In this document: piece after piece, positions 45,169-56,194 of the stretch
How the letters are laid out: the number at the start of each line of letters is the position of its first letter
Position numbering within the stretch: the first letter of the stretch is position 1
Source of the DNA: a bacterium
GTDB taxonomy: Bacteria > Patescibacteriota > Minisyncoccia > Portnoybacterales > UBA2143
Length of the DNA: 60,802 nt
Assembly (NCBI GenBank): GCA_043818835.1
Contig: JBDRFK010000011.1
Coordinates: forward strand, 1 to 60,802
Direction of reading: 5' to 3'
Position numbers and translations under genes: made by a program
Notes under the pieces: generated by a model
Databases searched by the model: none
Told to the model about the DNA's origin: nothing
The model's input: only the letters and a program-made list of their open reading frames with translations

Positions 45169-46437
45169 ATGGATTACAAAAAAACTACACTTAAAAATGG
45201 TTTGCGGATTATAACTGTGCCGATGGAAGGAACAAAAACAGCATCAGTTTTAGTATTAGTTAAAACAGGTTCTAAATATGAGACCAAAGAAATTAATGGC
45301 ATTTCTCATTTTTTGGAACATATGTTTTTTAAGGGGACTAAGAAACGTCCAAACACATTAGCAATTGCAGAATTGCTTGATAGAGTTGGTGGAGAATATA
45401 ATGCGATGACTTCACAAGAATATACGGGTTATTACGCGAAAGTTAATTCCGATAATTTTGAATTGGCATTGGATTGGGTTTCTGATATTTATTTAAATTC
45501 TAAGTTATCAGCAGAGGAAATTGAACGTGAACGAGGGACGATTATTGAAGAATTGAATATGTATTTAGATATGCCAATGCGTTATGTGGCTGATTTATGG
45601 ACAGATTTGCTTTATGGCGATCAGCCGGCCGGTTGGCGAGTTATTGGCACCAAAGAAACAATCAAAAATGTCAAACGGGCGCAATTCGTTAAATATTTAA
45701 AGGAACATTATTCTTCAAAAAATACTATTGTTGTAGTGGCAGGTAATATTAATAATGTTGGCGCGACAAAATTGGTTAAAAAATATTTTAGTAAAATTAA
45801 TAGAGGCGCAGTTAAAGACAAATTACCAGTTAAGGAAGGACAAAATAAGCCAGAAGCACTAATTCATTATAAAAAAACCGATCAAACGCATCTTTGTTTG
45901 GGGTTTAGAGGATACAATGTTTTTCATCCAGATAAATATGCAGTTGGATTGTTGGCTACTATTTTGGGTGGCAATATGAGCTCGCGTATGTTTATCAATG
46001 TGCGTGAAAGACAAGGTTTGGCATATTATGTTCATACGAGCGCCGATATGGATACAGACACAGGTGAATTAGTAACACAAGCCGGTGTTGATAATAGTAG
46101 AGTAGAACAGGCGATTAAAAGTATTTTGATTGAATACAAAAAGATACTTAATAAAAAGATTACTAAAGAAGAATTGCAAAAAGCCAAAGATTACACTAAA
46201 GGAATTGCTTTATTAGGGATGGAGTCGTCTGATGCGCAGGCATCTTTTGTCGCCTTTCAAGAATTGATGACCGGTAAGATTTTGACCCTAAAGGATAAAT
46301 TTGATAAAATAGATAAGGTGACTATTGATGATATTCAAAGAGTAACAAAAGACATTATATGTTCTGAAAAACTTAATCTGGCTTTGATTGGTCCATTTAA
46401 AGATAAAGACAAATTTGATAAGATATTAAAAATTTAA
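45169..46437 (+). CDS. M16 (pitrilysin) family zinc peptidase
   Basis: HFLEHMFFKGT inverted zinc motif. Confidence 0.9.
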   Translation: MDYKKTTLKNGLRIITVPMEGTKTASVLVLVKTGSKYETKEINGISHFLEHMFFKGTKKRPNTLAIAELLDRVGGEYNAMTSQEYTGYYAKVNSDNFELALDWVSDIYLNSKLSAEEIERERGTIIEELNMYLDMPMRYVADLWTDLLYGDQPAGWRVIGTKETIKNVKRAQFVKYLKEHYSSKNTIVVVAGNINNVGATKLVKKYFSKINRGAVKDKLPVKEGQNKPEALIHYKKTDQTHLCLGFRGYNVFHPDKYAVGLLATILGGNMSSRMFINVRERQGLAYYVHTSADMDTDTGELVTQAGVDNSRVEQAIKSILIEYKKILNKKITKEELQKAKDYTKGIALLGMESSDAQASFVAFQELMTGKILTLKDKFDKIDKVTIDDIQRVTKDIICSEKLNLALIGPFKDKDKFDKILKI

Positions 46438-46475
46438 TCAATCCCCGATTTTAATATCGGGGGTAGTCAAAATTT

Positions 46476-47489
46476 ATGACTAAAAACCAGTTTCAATTTA
46501 TGGATATTTCGGCTTCGGCTATATTTAGAATTATCCTAATCTTGTTGGGATTGGTTTTTTTGTATTTAATCCGCGATATTTTAATGATGGTTTTTGTGGC
46601 TATTGTGATTGCGGCAGCTGTGGGCGCGCCGGTTAATTGGCTACAGAAGAAAAAAATACCACGAGTCCTTGGAGTAGCCTTTATTTATTTAGTTGTTATT
46701 TTATTATTAGGAATAGTGGTTTCTATGGTTATTCCTCCGTTGACAGAGCAGATGCGTCAGTTAGCTGGTCATTTTCCTGCGTTTATGGATAGAATAGGGA
46801 TGGGTGTGCAAAATTGGTGGGGCAATTATCAAATTGGAACGGGATTGCAGGCAATTTTAAATCAGGTTAGTACTAAATTAGGACAGACAACATCTGGTAT
46901 TTTTAATACAATTGTTGATTTGTTTGGTGGGCTATTTTCGGCAATTGTGGTGTTGGTTATCTCTTTTTATCTGGCGCTTCAAGAAAAAGGTGATAAGGAG
47001 TTTATTTTATCGTTAACTCCAGAAATACATCAGCCTTATATCTCTAGCTTGATAGATAGGATACAAAACAAGATTGGTGGTTGGTTGCGTGGACAATTGT
47101 TATTGATGGCAATTATCGGGCTTTTAACATATATTGGTCTTGCGGCGTTGGGTGTAAAATATGCTTTGTTGTTGGCGTTGATAGCAGCGTTTTTAGAAAT
47201 TATTCCATATATTGGACCAATTATTTCCACAATTCCAGCGGTGATTTTAGCTTTTGTGCAATCGCCATTTTTGGCCTTATTAGTTTTAATTTTGTATATT
47301 GTGATTCAACAGTTAGAGAATTATGTAATTGTGCCACAAGTAATGAAACGAACAGTGGGTTTGAATCCAATTACAATTATTATAGTTATGCTTATCGGCG
47401 CTAAATTAGCTGGTATCTTGGGAATTATTTTGGCAGTACCGCTGGCGGCCGCTATTGGAGAGGTTTTAAAAGACTTAAAAAAGAGTTAA
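46476..47489 (+). CDS. AI-2E (PerM/YhhT) family transporter
   Basis: Multi-TM protein with the typical ...FLEIIPYIGPII... segment. Confidence 0.8.
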   Translation: MTKNQFQFMDISASAIFRIILILLGLVFLYLIRDILMMVFVAIVIAAAVGAPVNWLQKKKIPRVLGVAFIYLVVILLLGIVVSMVIPPLTEQMRQLAGHFPAFMDRIGMGVQNWWGNYQIGTGLQAILNQVSTKLGQTTSGIFNTIVDLFGGLFSAIVVLVISFYLALQEKGDKEFILSLTPEIHQPYISSLIDRIQNKIGGWLRGQLLLMAIIGLLTYIGLAALGVKYALLLALIAAFLEIIPYIGPIISTIPAVILAFVQSPFLALLVLILYIVIQQLENYVIVPQVMKRTVGLNPITIIIVMLIGAKLAGILGIILAVPLAAAIGEVLKDLKKS

Positions 47490-47510
47490 AGAATCTATTT
47501 TGATAAGAAA

Positions 47511-47541
47511 AATAAACGGCTCAGGGTATGAGCCGTTTATT
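47511..47541 (+). terminator. Terminator hairpin, copy 1 of a conserved terminator family
   Basis: aaacggctca-gggta-tgagccgttt plus T-rich tail. Confidence 0.8.
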
Positions 47542-47890
47542 TCGGCTTTATTGTGCGGTTTTTGAGTATCAAAAAAGCCTTATAAAGATGCAAGAATTTG
47601 GCGTTAAATCCAAGTGGGTATTCGCACTACCAATCCACAGACTGGCAGAATATAGAATTCCCAGTCAATAATGTTTTGTCCCAAATTCATAGCATCTTAT
47701 AAAGCTATTTATATTATATCATAGAAAGAGTTTTTTAAAAGATAATAGTACCTACTTACCATCTCAAACAAAATTATCTTTTATCACTCTGAGCGGAGCA
47801 ATTTTGCCAAACAAGTTATATCCGAACTGGTTGACTTTGCTTTGTGTTTGGGCTAAAATTTGGGTGAATATTTTAAATCATAAATTGATT

Positions 47891-48736
47891 ATGAATCAAA
47901 ATAAATGTTATCCAAGCCAAGATCCGATTTTGAAACTTAAACAGGAAATGAAATTGCGGGGTTTTAGCCAGAAAACAGTTAAAAGTTATCTATATTATAT
48001 CACTAATTTTTTGGAGTTTACAAGCAAAAGTCCTAAAAATGTTAAGGGAGATAATATTAGAACTTATTTAGAATTTTTGGCTAATGAGAACAAATCTGCT
48101 TCTACATTAAATACTGCTTATAGCGCTTTGAAATTTTATTTTGAAAAAATATTGCGACGTAGATTTTTTGTTAAAATTCCAAGAGCTAAAAAAGATAAAA
48201 AATTACCAGAAGTATTGAATAAAGAGGAAGTTAAGAAAATCTTATTATCACCCAATAATCCGAAACATAGGTTAATATTAGAAACAATGTATTCTTCTGG
48301 TTTAAGAGTTTCGGAAGTTGTTATTGTTAAAGTTAGAGATTTAGATTTAATAAATAAAACTTTAAAAGTTTGTCAGGGCAAGGGGAATAAAGACAGGATT
48401 ACTATTTTATCTGAAAAATGCAATAATTCTTTTAAAGAAATTATTTGTGATAAAAATGGCGGTGATTATCTTTTTGAGAGTATCAGAGGGGGGAAATTAA
48501 CAGAACGATCTATTCAAAAGATATTTTCTCAGGCGGTTAAAAATTCTGGCATTAAAAAAAATGTTAGTTGTCATAGTTTGAGACATAGTTTTGCTACACA
48601 CTTGTTGGAACAAGGAACAGATATTCGGTATATTCAGAGTTTGTTGGGGCATAAGCGGTTGGAAACAACTCAAATTTATACAAAGGTTTCTAATCAGAGT
48701 TTGAGGAATATTAGAAGTCCATTGGATAGTTTATAA
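47891..48736 (+). CDS. Tyrosine recombinase (XerC/XerD-like)
   Basis: SAM-like N-domain LRGFSQKTVKSY. Catalytic region GLRVSE...HSLRHSFATHLLEQG...LLGH..LETTQIY. Confidence 0.85.
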   Translation: MNQNKCYPSQDPILKLKQEMKLRGFSQKTVKSYLYYITNFLEFTSKSPKNVKGDNIRTYLEFLANENKSASTLNTAYSALKFYFEKILRRRFFVKIPRAKKDKKLPEVLNKEEVKKILLSPNNPKHRLILETMYSSGLRVSEVVIVKVRDLDLINKTLKVCQGKGNKDRITILSEKCNNSFKEIICDKNGGDYLFESIRGGKLTERSIQKIFSQAVKNSGIKKNVSCHSLRHSFATHLLEQGTDIRYIQSLLGHKRLETTQIYTKVSNQSLRNIRSPLDSL

Positions 48737-48738
48737 TT

Positions 48739-51351
48739 ATGGAAACAATCAAAATAAGAGGCGCGCGGGTTCATAATCTGAAAAATATAGATTTGGAACT
48801 GCCGAAGAATAAAATTATTGTTTTTAGCGGGGTTTCTGGTAGCGGGAAATCTTCGTTGGCTTTTGATACTTTGTTTGCTGAAGGGCAACGTCGGTATATT
48901 GAATCTTTATCGCCCTATGCGCGCCAGTTTCTAGGACAGATGAAACGGGCTGATGTTGATGAAATTTCTGGTTTGTCGCCGTCTATTGCTATTGATCAAA
49001 AAGCGTTAAGCCATAATCCTCGTTCTACAGTGGGAACTTTGACCGAAATTTATGATTACTTACGGATTCTTTTTGCGCGTCTTGGCGATGTTTTTTGTCC
49101 CGAGTGCGGTGGTAAAATAGAAAAATTAACTGTTGACGAAATGGTTGATATTATTCTAACTCAGGCAAAGAAGAACAAAACAAAATTGGTGACTATTTTC
49201 TCGCCGGTAGTATGTGGACGGAAGGGAGAATATTATCAAATGTTTTATGATTATCTAAATCTTGGTTTTTCTGAAGCGCGAATTAATGGCAAATTAAGGT
49301 CATTACGCGAAAGATTAGTTTTATCAAGATATAAGAAACATAATATTGAATTGATGATTGATAGGGTGATGGTTTTTGATGAGGGGCGATTATCGGAAGC
49401 GGTGGAAAGCGCGTTGAATTTTAGTAATGGTTTGGCGCAAGCCATTTTTTATGAAAATTTAGATAATCAAAAAGAAATTTTGTTATCTAGTAAATGGACG
49501 TGTCCAAAGGACAATTTTTCTTTTCCAGAAATTGAACCACGACTATTTTCCTTTAACAGTCCATCGGGCGCGTGTCCAATCTGCTCTGGATTAGGCAAAA
49601 CAGATTTATTTCTAAAAACAATTTGTCCTGATTGTGGCGGAAAAAGATTAAAACCAGAAGCATTGGCTGTAAGAATTAATGGTAAGAATATAGATGAAAT
49701 TACAGCGATGCCCCTTGATAAATGTTACGAATTTTTTAATAAATATTTTGGAAAGTTAAATACTCGTCAAAAAGAAATTGCTGAAAATGTGATTAGAGAA
49801 ATTACAGATCGTTTGAATTTTTTGAATGAAGTTGGTCTGAGCTATTTAACTTTGAACCGCGAAGCCGAAACGTTATCAGGTGGTGAAGCGCAACGGATTC
49901 GTTTGTCATCACAGATTGGTTCTCATTTGTCTAATACTTTGTATGTTTTGGACGAACCAACAATCGGTTTACATGAACGTGATACGGATAAATTAATCAA
50001 AACTTTAAAATCATTGAGAGATAAAGATAATACTGTGGTAATTGTAGAACATGATGAACGGACAATTATGGAATCGGACTATATTGTTGATTTAGGTCCG
50101 ATGGCGGGTGTGCATGGCGGGGAAGTGATTGTGGCTGGGGAGACAAAGGAATTGGTGAAGAAGTATATATCTGTCATTCCTGTGAAAACGGGAATCTACA
50201 GCATGGATTTCTGTTTTCACGGGAATGATAAAGCTGGAAAGCCTGAAAATGACAAAAATACATCGCTTACTTTGCAATACTTAACTGGTCAGAAAAAGGT
50301 TACTCTGCCAAGAGATAGGCGCACAAAAATAACAGAAAAGTTAAATATTATTGGTGCGCGCGCTAATAATTTGAAGAATTTGACTGTGCCGATTCCTTTA
50401 CGAAAATTTATTTGTATTACTGGCGTGTCGGGGAGTGGTAAATCTTCTTTGTTGTATGATTCGCTTTACAAAAATATTAATAAGATAAAAGGACACTTTG
50501 GTGAACAATTAGAAAATGTTAGTAAAATTAGTGGCACGGAATATATTGATAGAATTGTGGTTGTTAATCAATCGCCGATCGGCAGAACACCACGTTCTAA
50601 TCCAGCAACATACACAGGAATATTAACACCGATTAGGCAATTTTTTGCCAGTTTACCAGAGTCTCAAGAAAAGGGATATACTCTTTCTCGGTTTTCTTTC
50701 AATACTGGTGGCGGGAAAGATGTGGCTGGCGGGCGATGTGAATCCTGTCAGGGAGTCGGATACAATTTAATAGAAATGCACTTTTTGCCTCCAGTTTATG
50801 TGGAGTGTGAAGTTTGTCACGGCAAGAGATTTAATAGAGAAACATTGCAAGTGAAATATAAAGGTAAAAATATTAGCGATGTTTTGGAAATGACTATTAA
50901 TGAATCGGCAGAGTTTTTTGCAAATATCCATCAAATTGCTGATAAATTAAAAGTATTGCAAGAGGTTGGTTTGGGATATTTAAAATTAGGGCAAAGCGCG
51001 ACAACATTGTCTGGCGGGGAAGCGCAAAGGATTAAACTTGCAAGGGAATTAGCGCAGTCTTTATATAATTTAGGCAAAAAAACATTATATCTTTTGGATG
51101 AACCAACGGTTGGTTTACATTATTATGATATTGAATTGTTGTTGCAGGTTTTAAATAAACTAATTGAAAAGCAAAATAGCGTGGTGGTTATTGAACATAA
51201 TATGCATATTATTAAATCTGCTGATTATGTAATTGATCTTGGTCCTGATGGTGGTGAAAAAGGAGGTAAGGTTGTTGCCAAAGGAACGCCTGAAGAAATT
51301 GCTTGTAGTACAAAAAGCATTACTGGAAAATATTTGAAAGAATGTTTGTAA
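48739..51351 (+). CDS. uvrA: Excinuclease ABC subunit A with an in-frame repeat-element insertion
   Basis: GVSGSGKSSLAFDT and GVSGSGKSSLLYDS Walker A boxes, two LSGGEAQRI signatures, Zn-finger cysteines. Confidence 0.95.
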   Translation: METIKIRGARVHNLKNIDLELPKNKIIVFSGVSGSGKSSLAFDTLFAEGQRRYIESLSPYARQFLGQMKRADVDEISGLSPSIAIDQKALSHNPRSTVGTLTEIYDYLRILFARLGDVFCPECGGKIEKLTVDEMVDIILTQAKKNKTKLVTIFSPVVCGRKGEYYQMFYDYLNLGFSEARINGKLRSLRERLVLSRYKKHNIELMIDRVMVFDEGRLSEAVESALNFSNGLAQAIFYENLDNQKEILLSSKWTCPKDNFSFPEIEPRLFSFNSPSGACPICSGLGKTDLFLKTICPDCGGKRLKPEALAVRINGKNIDEITAMPLDKCYEFFNKYFGKLNTRQKEIAENVIREITDRLNFLNEVGLSYLTLNREAETLSGGEAQRIRLSSQIGSHLSNTLYVLDEPTIGLHERDTDKLIKTLKSLRDKDNTVVIVEHDERTIMESDYIVDLGPMAGVHGGEVIVAGETKELVKKYISVIPVKTGIYSMDFCFHGNDKAGKPENDKNTSLTLQYLTGQKKVTLPRDRRTKITEKLNIIGARANNLKNLTVPIPLRKFICITGVSGSGKSSLLYDSLYKNINKIKGHFGEQLENVSKISGTEYIDRIVVVNQSPIGRTPRSNPATYTGILTPIRQFFASLPESQEKGYTLSRFSFNTGGGKDVAGGRCESCQGVGYNLIEMHFLPPVYVECEVCHGKRFNRETLQVKYKGKNISDVLEMTINESAEFFANIHQIADKLKVLQEVGLGYLKLGQSATTLSGGEAQRIKLARELAQSLYNLGKKTLYLLDEPTVGLHYYDIELLLQVLNKLIEKQNSVVVIEHNMHIIKSADYVIDLGPDGGEKGGKVVAKGTPEEIACSTKSITGKYLKECL
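50173..50254. repeat. Palindromic element inside uvrA
   Basis: gtcattcctgtgaaaacgggaatc ... ttctgttttcacgggaatga ... gaaaatgaca, translated as VIPVKTGIYSMDFCFHGNDK...ENDK. Confidence 0.85.
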
Positions 51352-51358
51352 AATGAAA

Positions 51359-51379
51359 GTCGCCCCATTATGGGGCGAC
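51359..51379. terminator. Bidirectional hairpin terminator
   Basis: gtcgcccca/tggggcgac between convergent genes. Confidence 0.65.
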
Positions 51380-51396
51380 CAAAGAAAAAGTTATTG

Positions 51397-51693
51397 CTAA
51401 TCTGTTTTTTTATTTTGTAAATAAAAAAGTATATGTCCGATTATAAAAGCAATTAAAACTATGATTCCGTCAACAATCCAATACAGTATAAATGTACTGA
51501 ATTTTAATGTATTGCAGATATTAGGAGCAATCAAAACAACAGCACAGGTGAATCCTATAAAAATCAAACCTAAATCGTGAATCAAGAATAGAATTAATCT
51601 TTTTTCTGATAATTTGGTATATCTTTTCATATTATTACCGGCAAAGGAAGTAATGATACCAATAATAAATCCGCAAAAGATATTTTTAAACAT
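51397..51693 (-). CDS. Hypothetical small membrane protein
   Basis: aaaggagga RBS before MFKNIF. Three hydrophobic helices. Confidence 0.5.
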   Translation of the reverse strand: MFKNIFCGFIIGIITSFAGNNMKRYTKLSEKRLILFLIHDLGLIFIGFTCAVVLIAPNICNTLKFSTFILYWIVDGIIVLIAFIIGHILFYLQNKKTD

Positions 51694-51770
51694 TTTATCC
51701 TCCTTTAATTTAATATAGATTTTAAGCGTACTGATGTTTACAATAGCAACAACACATATATTTGGCAACT

Positions 51771-52988
51771 ATGAATTTGATATAAAAAGCTAAAAAATTT
51801 CCGCATCGTTCTGGTGTTTATCTCTTTTTAAAAAAAGGCAATGTTTTGTATGTGGGGCGAGCGGTTTCTTTGCGTCGTCGGATTTTAAATTATTTTCAAA
51901 AAAGTATTGATCCAAGAATAGCAGAAATGGTTGGCGGGGCAGATAATATTAAATATTACCAAACGGATAATCTTTTGGAAGCGATAATTTTGGAAGCTAA
52001 TTTAATTAAAAAATATCAACCAAAATACAATATTAAAGATAAAGATAACAGATCCTTTTTGTATTTGGTAATTCCAAAAACTGATTATCCAAAAATTTTA
52101 ATTGTTCGCGAAAGGGAATTGCAAAAATTTTCTACAAAGTCAGCGTATATTTTTGGACCTTATCAAAGCTTAACTTTGTTAAGGAATGCTTTGAAAATTA
52201 TTCGGCGGATTTTTCCGTATAGGAGTTGTGATAAAAAAATTATTGATTATTATCTGCAGGATTGCCACGCTCTCGCTGACGCTCGGGCTCACAACGACAG
52301 AGATAAAAGACCTTGTCTATATTATCAAATAAAATTATGTCCAGGTGTTTGTATTGGTGAAATTTCAAAAAAAGATTATCAGAAAAATATCAAAAATATT
52401 GTAATGCTTTTGTCTGGTCAGAAAAAACGTCTTTTGAATAAATTAAAAAAAGAAAACTCAGAAAAAATTAAAAGTTTAGAACATATTCAAGATGTAACTT
52501 TATTACAAAAAGATAATTTTGAATTTTCCGTGTCAAAAATAAATCGTATTGAAGGCTATGATATTTCTCATTTAACAGGCAAAGAAACTTATGGAGCGAT
52601 GGTGGTTTTTGAAGATAACAAACCTAATAAGACGCAATATAGATTATTTAAGATTAAAAGCGCTCCAGCAAATGACGATTTGCGCGCGCTGGGAGAGATG
52701 ATTGAAAGGCGATTTAATCATTTGGAATGGCAGTGGCCAGATCTAATCTTAGTTGACGGCGGTAAGTCGCAAATTGATTTTGTATATAAAATTTTACAAC
52801 AAAAGCAGATCAATATTCCGTTGATTGGAATTTCTAAGTATCAAAATGATAGATTAGTGTTTGCGCCAAAAACCAAAAAGAATATTAAAGAATTATCTGA
52901 GATAATCAAAAAAACATTATTACAAGCGCGTGATGAGGCGCATCGGTTTGGTTTAAAAGCAAGTCGGCGAAGAAGAAAAATTATTTGA
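51771..52988 (+). CDS. uvrC: Excinuclease ABC subunit C (short form without the HhH2 tail) with an in-frame TAA at codon 5
   Basis: MNLI-TAA-KAKKFPHRSGVYLF...LYVGRA (GIY-YIG), RIEGYDISHL, PDLILVDGGKSQ, DEAHRF. The first listed start (TTG 51846) lies after the GVY strand. Confidence 0.8.
52259..52298. repeat. Palindromic-element fragment inside uvrC
   Basis: ggattgccacgctctcgctgacgctcgggctcacaacgac resembles the right half of 38794-38887. Encodes QDCHALADARAHND. Confidence 0.65.
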
Positions 52989-53033
52989 TATTTATTCATA
53001 AATATGTTAGTGTATTGTTGAATATATAATTTT

Positions 53034-53255
53034 ATGCTAATTAAGGTAAAAGTTTTTCCTTCTGCTGGTAAGTCGGAAATTTTTAAAAAATCAGAAGACA
53101 GTTTTGAAATCTGGGTGAAAGAAAAACCGATTCAGGGGCGGGCAACACAGGCGGTGGTGAAAGCACTATCTGATTTTTTAAAAATTCCTAGAAGTAATAT
53201 TAGATTAATTAAAGGTGGAAAAATAAGGAATAAGATTTTTGAAGTAAAAGTATGA
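53034..53255 (+). CDS. DUF167 (YggU-like) protein
   Basis: VKVFPSAGKSEI...VKEKPIQGRATQAVVKALSDFL...IRLIKGGKIRNK. Confidence 0.7.
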   Translation: MLIKVKVFPSAGKSEIFKKSEDSFEIWVKEKPIQGRATQAVVKALSDFLKIPRSNIRLIKGGKIRNKIFEVKV

Positions 53256-53503
53256 TATTAACCATAGATATATCATCAAAACCAAAATTGGTTTTAACAA
53301 AAGAGGGGAAAGAAATTAGTTATCACCAATGGGATGGTTTATATCAATTAAGCGAAACGCTTTTAATAGAAATCGATAAATTTCTCAAGAAAAATCAGGT
53401 TGACTTGGCGCAAATCAAAAAAATTGATGTTGTGCCAAGTGAAGAATCAATAGTTAGTACCAGAATCGCCAAAGCAACGGTCTTGGCGTTAATGCAAAAA
53501 TAA
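53252..53503 (+). CDS. Hypothetical protein, weak resemblance to the TsaB/YeaZ N-terminus
   Basis: MILTIDIS... start. Overlaps the upstream stop by 4 nt. Too short for a full TsaB. Confidence 0.35.
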   Translation: MILTIDISSKPKLVLTKEGKEISYHQWDGLYQLSETLLIEIDKFLKKNQVDLAQIKKIDVVPSEESIVSTRIAKATVLALMQK

Positions 53504-53544
53504 TAGTTTTTATTTTTAACATTAATCTTAAGGAGGGATGCACA

Positions 53545-53790
53545 ATGGAGGATAACAAGCCAAATACTCCAAAAGTTCATTTAATATTAGAAGAAATAGA
53601 TGGGGATTATATTGGTTTTCAAAAATATTCTTTTGCTGAAAAGGTTTTAAAAGAACAGATACCTGATAGAATTTTTGAGGATATGGGTATTGATTATAGT
53701 TGGGTTATGGTATCGCCGTATCATGATTTTGGCATATTGAAAAGTAATTGTGCTAAGATGATTAAAGATCGTGATGTGGTCGGCTTATGA
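53545..53790 (+). CDS. Hypothetical protein (81 aa)
   Basis: aaggaggg RBS upstream. Confidence 0.5.
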   Translation: MEDNKPNTPKVHLILEEIDGDYIGFQKYSFAEKVLKEQIPDRIFEDMGIDYSWVMVSPYHDFGILKSNCAKMIKDRDVVGL

Positions 53791-53869
53791 TAAGAATATT
53801 GTGATTAGTAAATATTCTGATTGTGCTGGATGGTAAATCATACTTATTAACTTATTAAAGTTGTGAAAA

Positions 53870-53902
53870 AAAAGCGCTTCTGAAATTCAGAAGCGCTTTT
53901 TT
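53870..53902 (+). terminator. Intrinsic terminator
   Basis: aaaagcgcttctga/tcagaagcgctttt plus a T-run. Confidence 0.8.
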
Positions 53903-53903
53903 C

Positions 53904-53933
53904 TTGACAATCGGGTCTATTTTGAGATAAGAT
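53904..53933 (+). promoter_or_regulatory. Putative groESL promoter
   Basis: TTGACA, 18 nt, TAAGAT. No CIRCE inverted repeat seen. Confidence 0.45.
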
Positions 53934-54029
53934 AAAGTAAATTTATATTATAAAGTTGCTGGATGGAGGGTTGTAAATAATTAAATGTATTTTAATTGCT
54001 TACAGCTTATTTGTTCAGCTTTTTTAGTA

Positions 54030-54311
54030 ATGAATATTAAACCACTAGGCGATAGGATTTTAATAGAACCTATTTCTGCCGAAGAAAAAACTGAAGGAGG
54101 TATTATTTTGCCAGATACTGTTAGTAAAGATAAACCAGAACAGGGCAAGGTTGTGGCTATTGGTGACGGTAAAGAAGTTATGGCATTACGTCTTCGTGAA
54201 GGTGATGTTGTTCTTTTTACAAAGTATGGACCAAACGAAATTAAAGTTGGTGACAAGGAATATTTAATTGCCAAAGAAGAAGATATATTGGCGGTGGTAG
54301 ATAATAATTAA
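54030..54311 (+). CDS. groES: Co-chaperonin GroES
   Basis: MNIKPLGDRILIEP...EEKTEGGIILP. Confidence 0.95.
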   Translation: MNIKPLGDRILIEPISAEEKTEGGIILPDTVSKDKPEQGKVVAIGDGKEVMALRLREGDVVLFTKYGPNEIKVGDKEYLIAKEEDILAVVDNN

Positions 54312-54343
54312 TAAATACTTTGAATTACGAAATAGTTCCCGTT

Positions 54344-54370
54344 GTTATTCCCGCTTTCGCGGGAATGACA
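54344..54370. repeat. Palindromic element in the groES-groEL spacer
   Basis: gttattcccgctttcgcgggaatgaca, itself nested in attacgaaat/atttcgtaat arms. Confidence 0.85.
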
Positions 54371-54399
54371 GAAAAGATGCATTTCGTAATTAAAGGTAA

Positions 54400-56049
<1,650 letters not shown>

Positions 56050-56073
56050 TAAAAACATAGTGCTAGCTTATAA

Positions 56074-56102
56074 ATAAACGGCTCATACCCTGAGCCGTTT
56101 AT
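56074..56102 (+). terminator. Terminator hairpin, copy 2 (loop inverted)
   Basis: aaacggctca-taccc-tgagccgttt plus a T-run. Confidence 0.8.
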
Positions 56103-56194
56103 TTTTTATTGACTTTTCTACATTAAAATGTTATTTTATGGGTAGTTACTTAACAGATTTATATTGTTAATTTCTTCAGGGGAGGATTGAGAAG

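Noticed and set aside
47560-47700. Apparent inverted repeat cttataaagatgc / gcatcttataaag in the spacer before the recombinase gene
   Set aside because: On checking base by base, the central bases do not pair. It is a short direct repeat with palindromic ends, which is not convincing as a structure.
47804-48736. Tyrosine recombinase as the marker of an integrated prophage or island
   Set aside because: No phage or mobility genes flank it. It is separated from uvrA by only 2 nt and looks like the chromosomal XerC/D-type recombinase.
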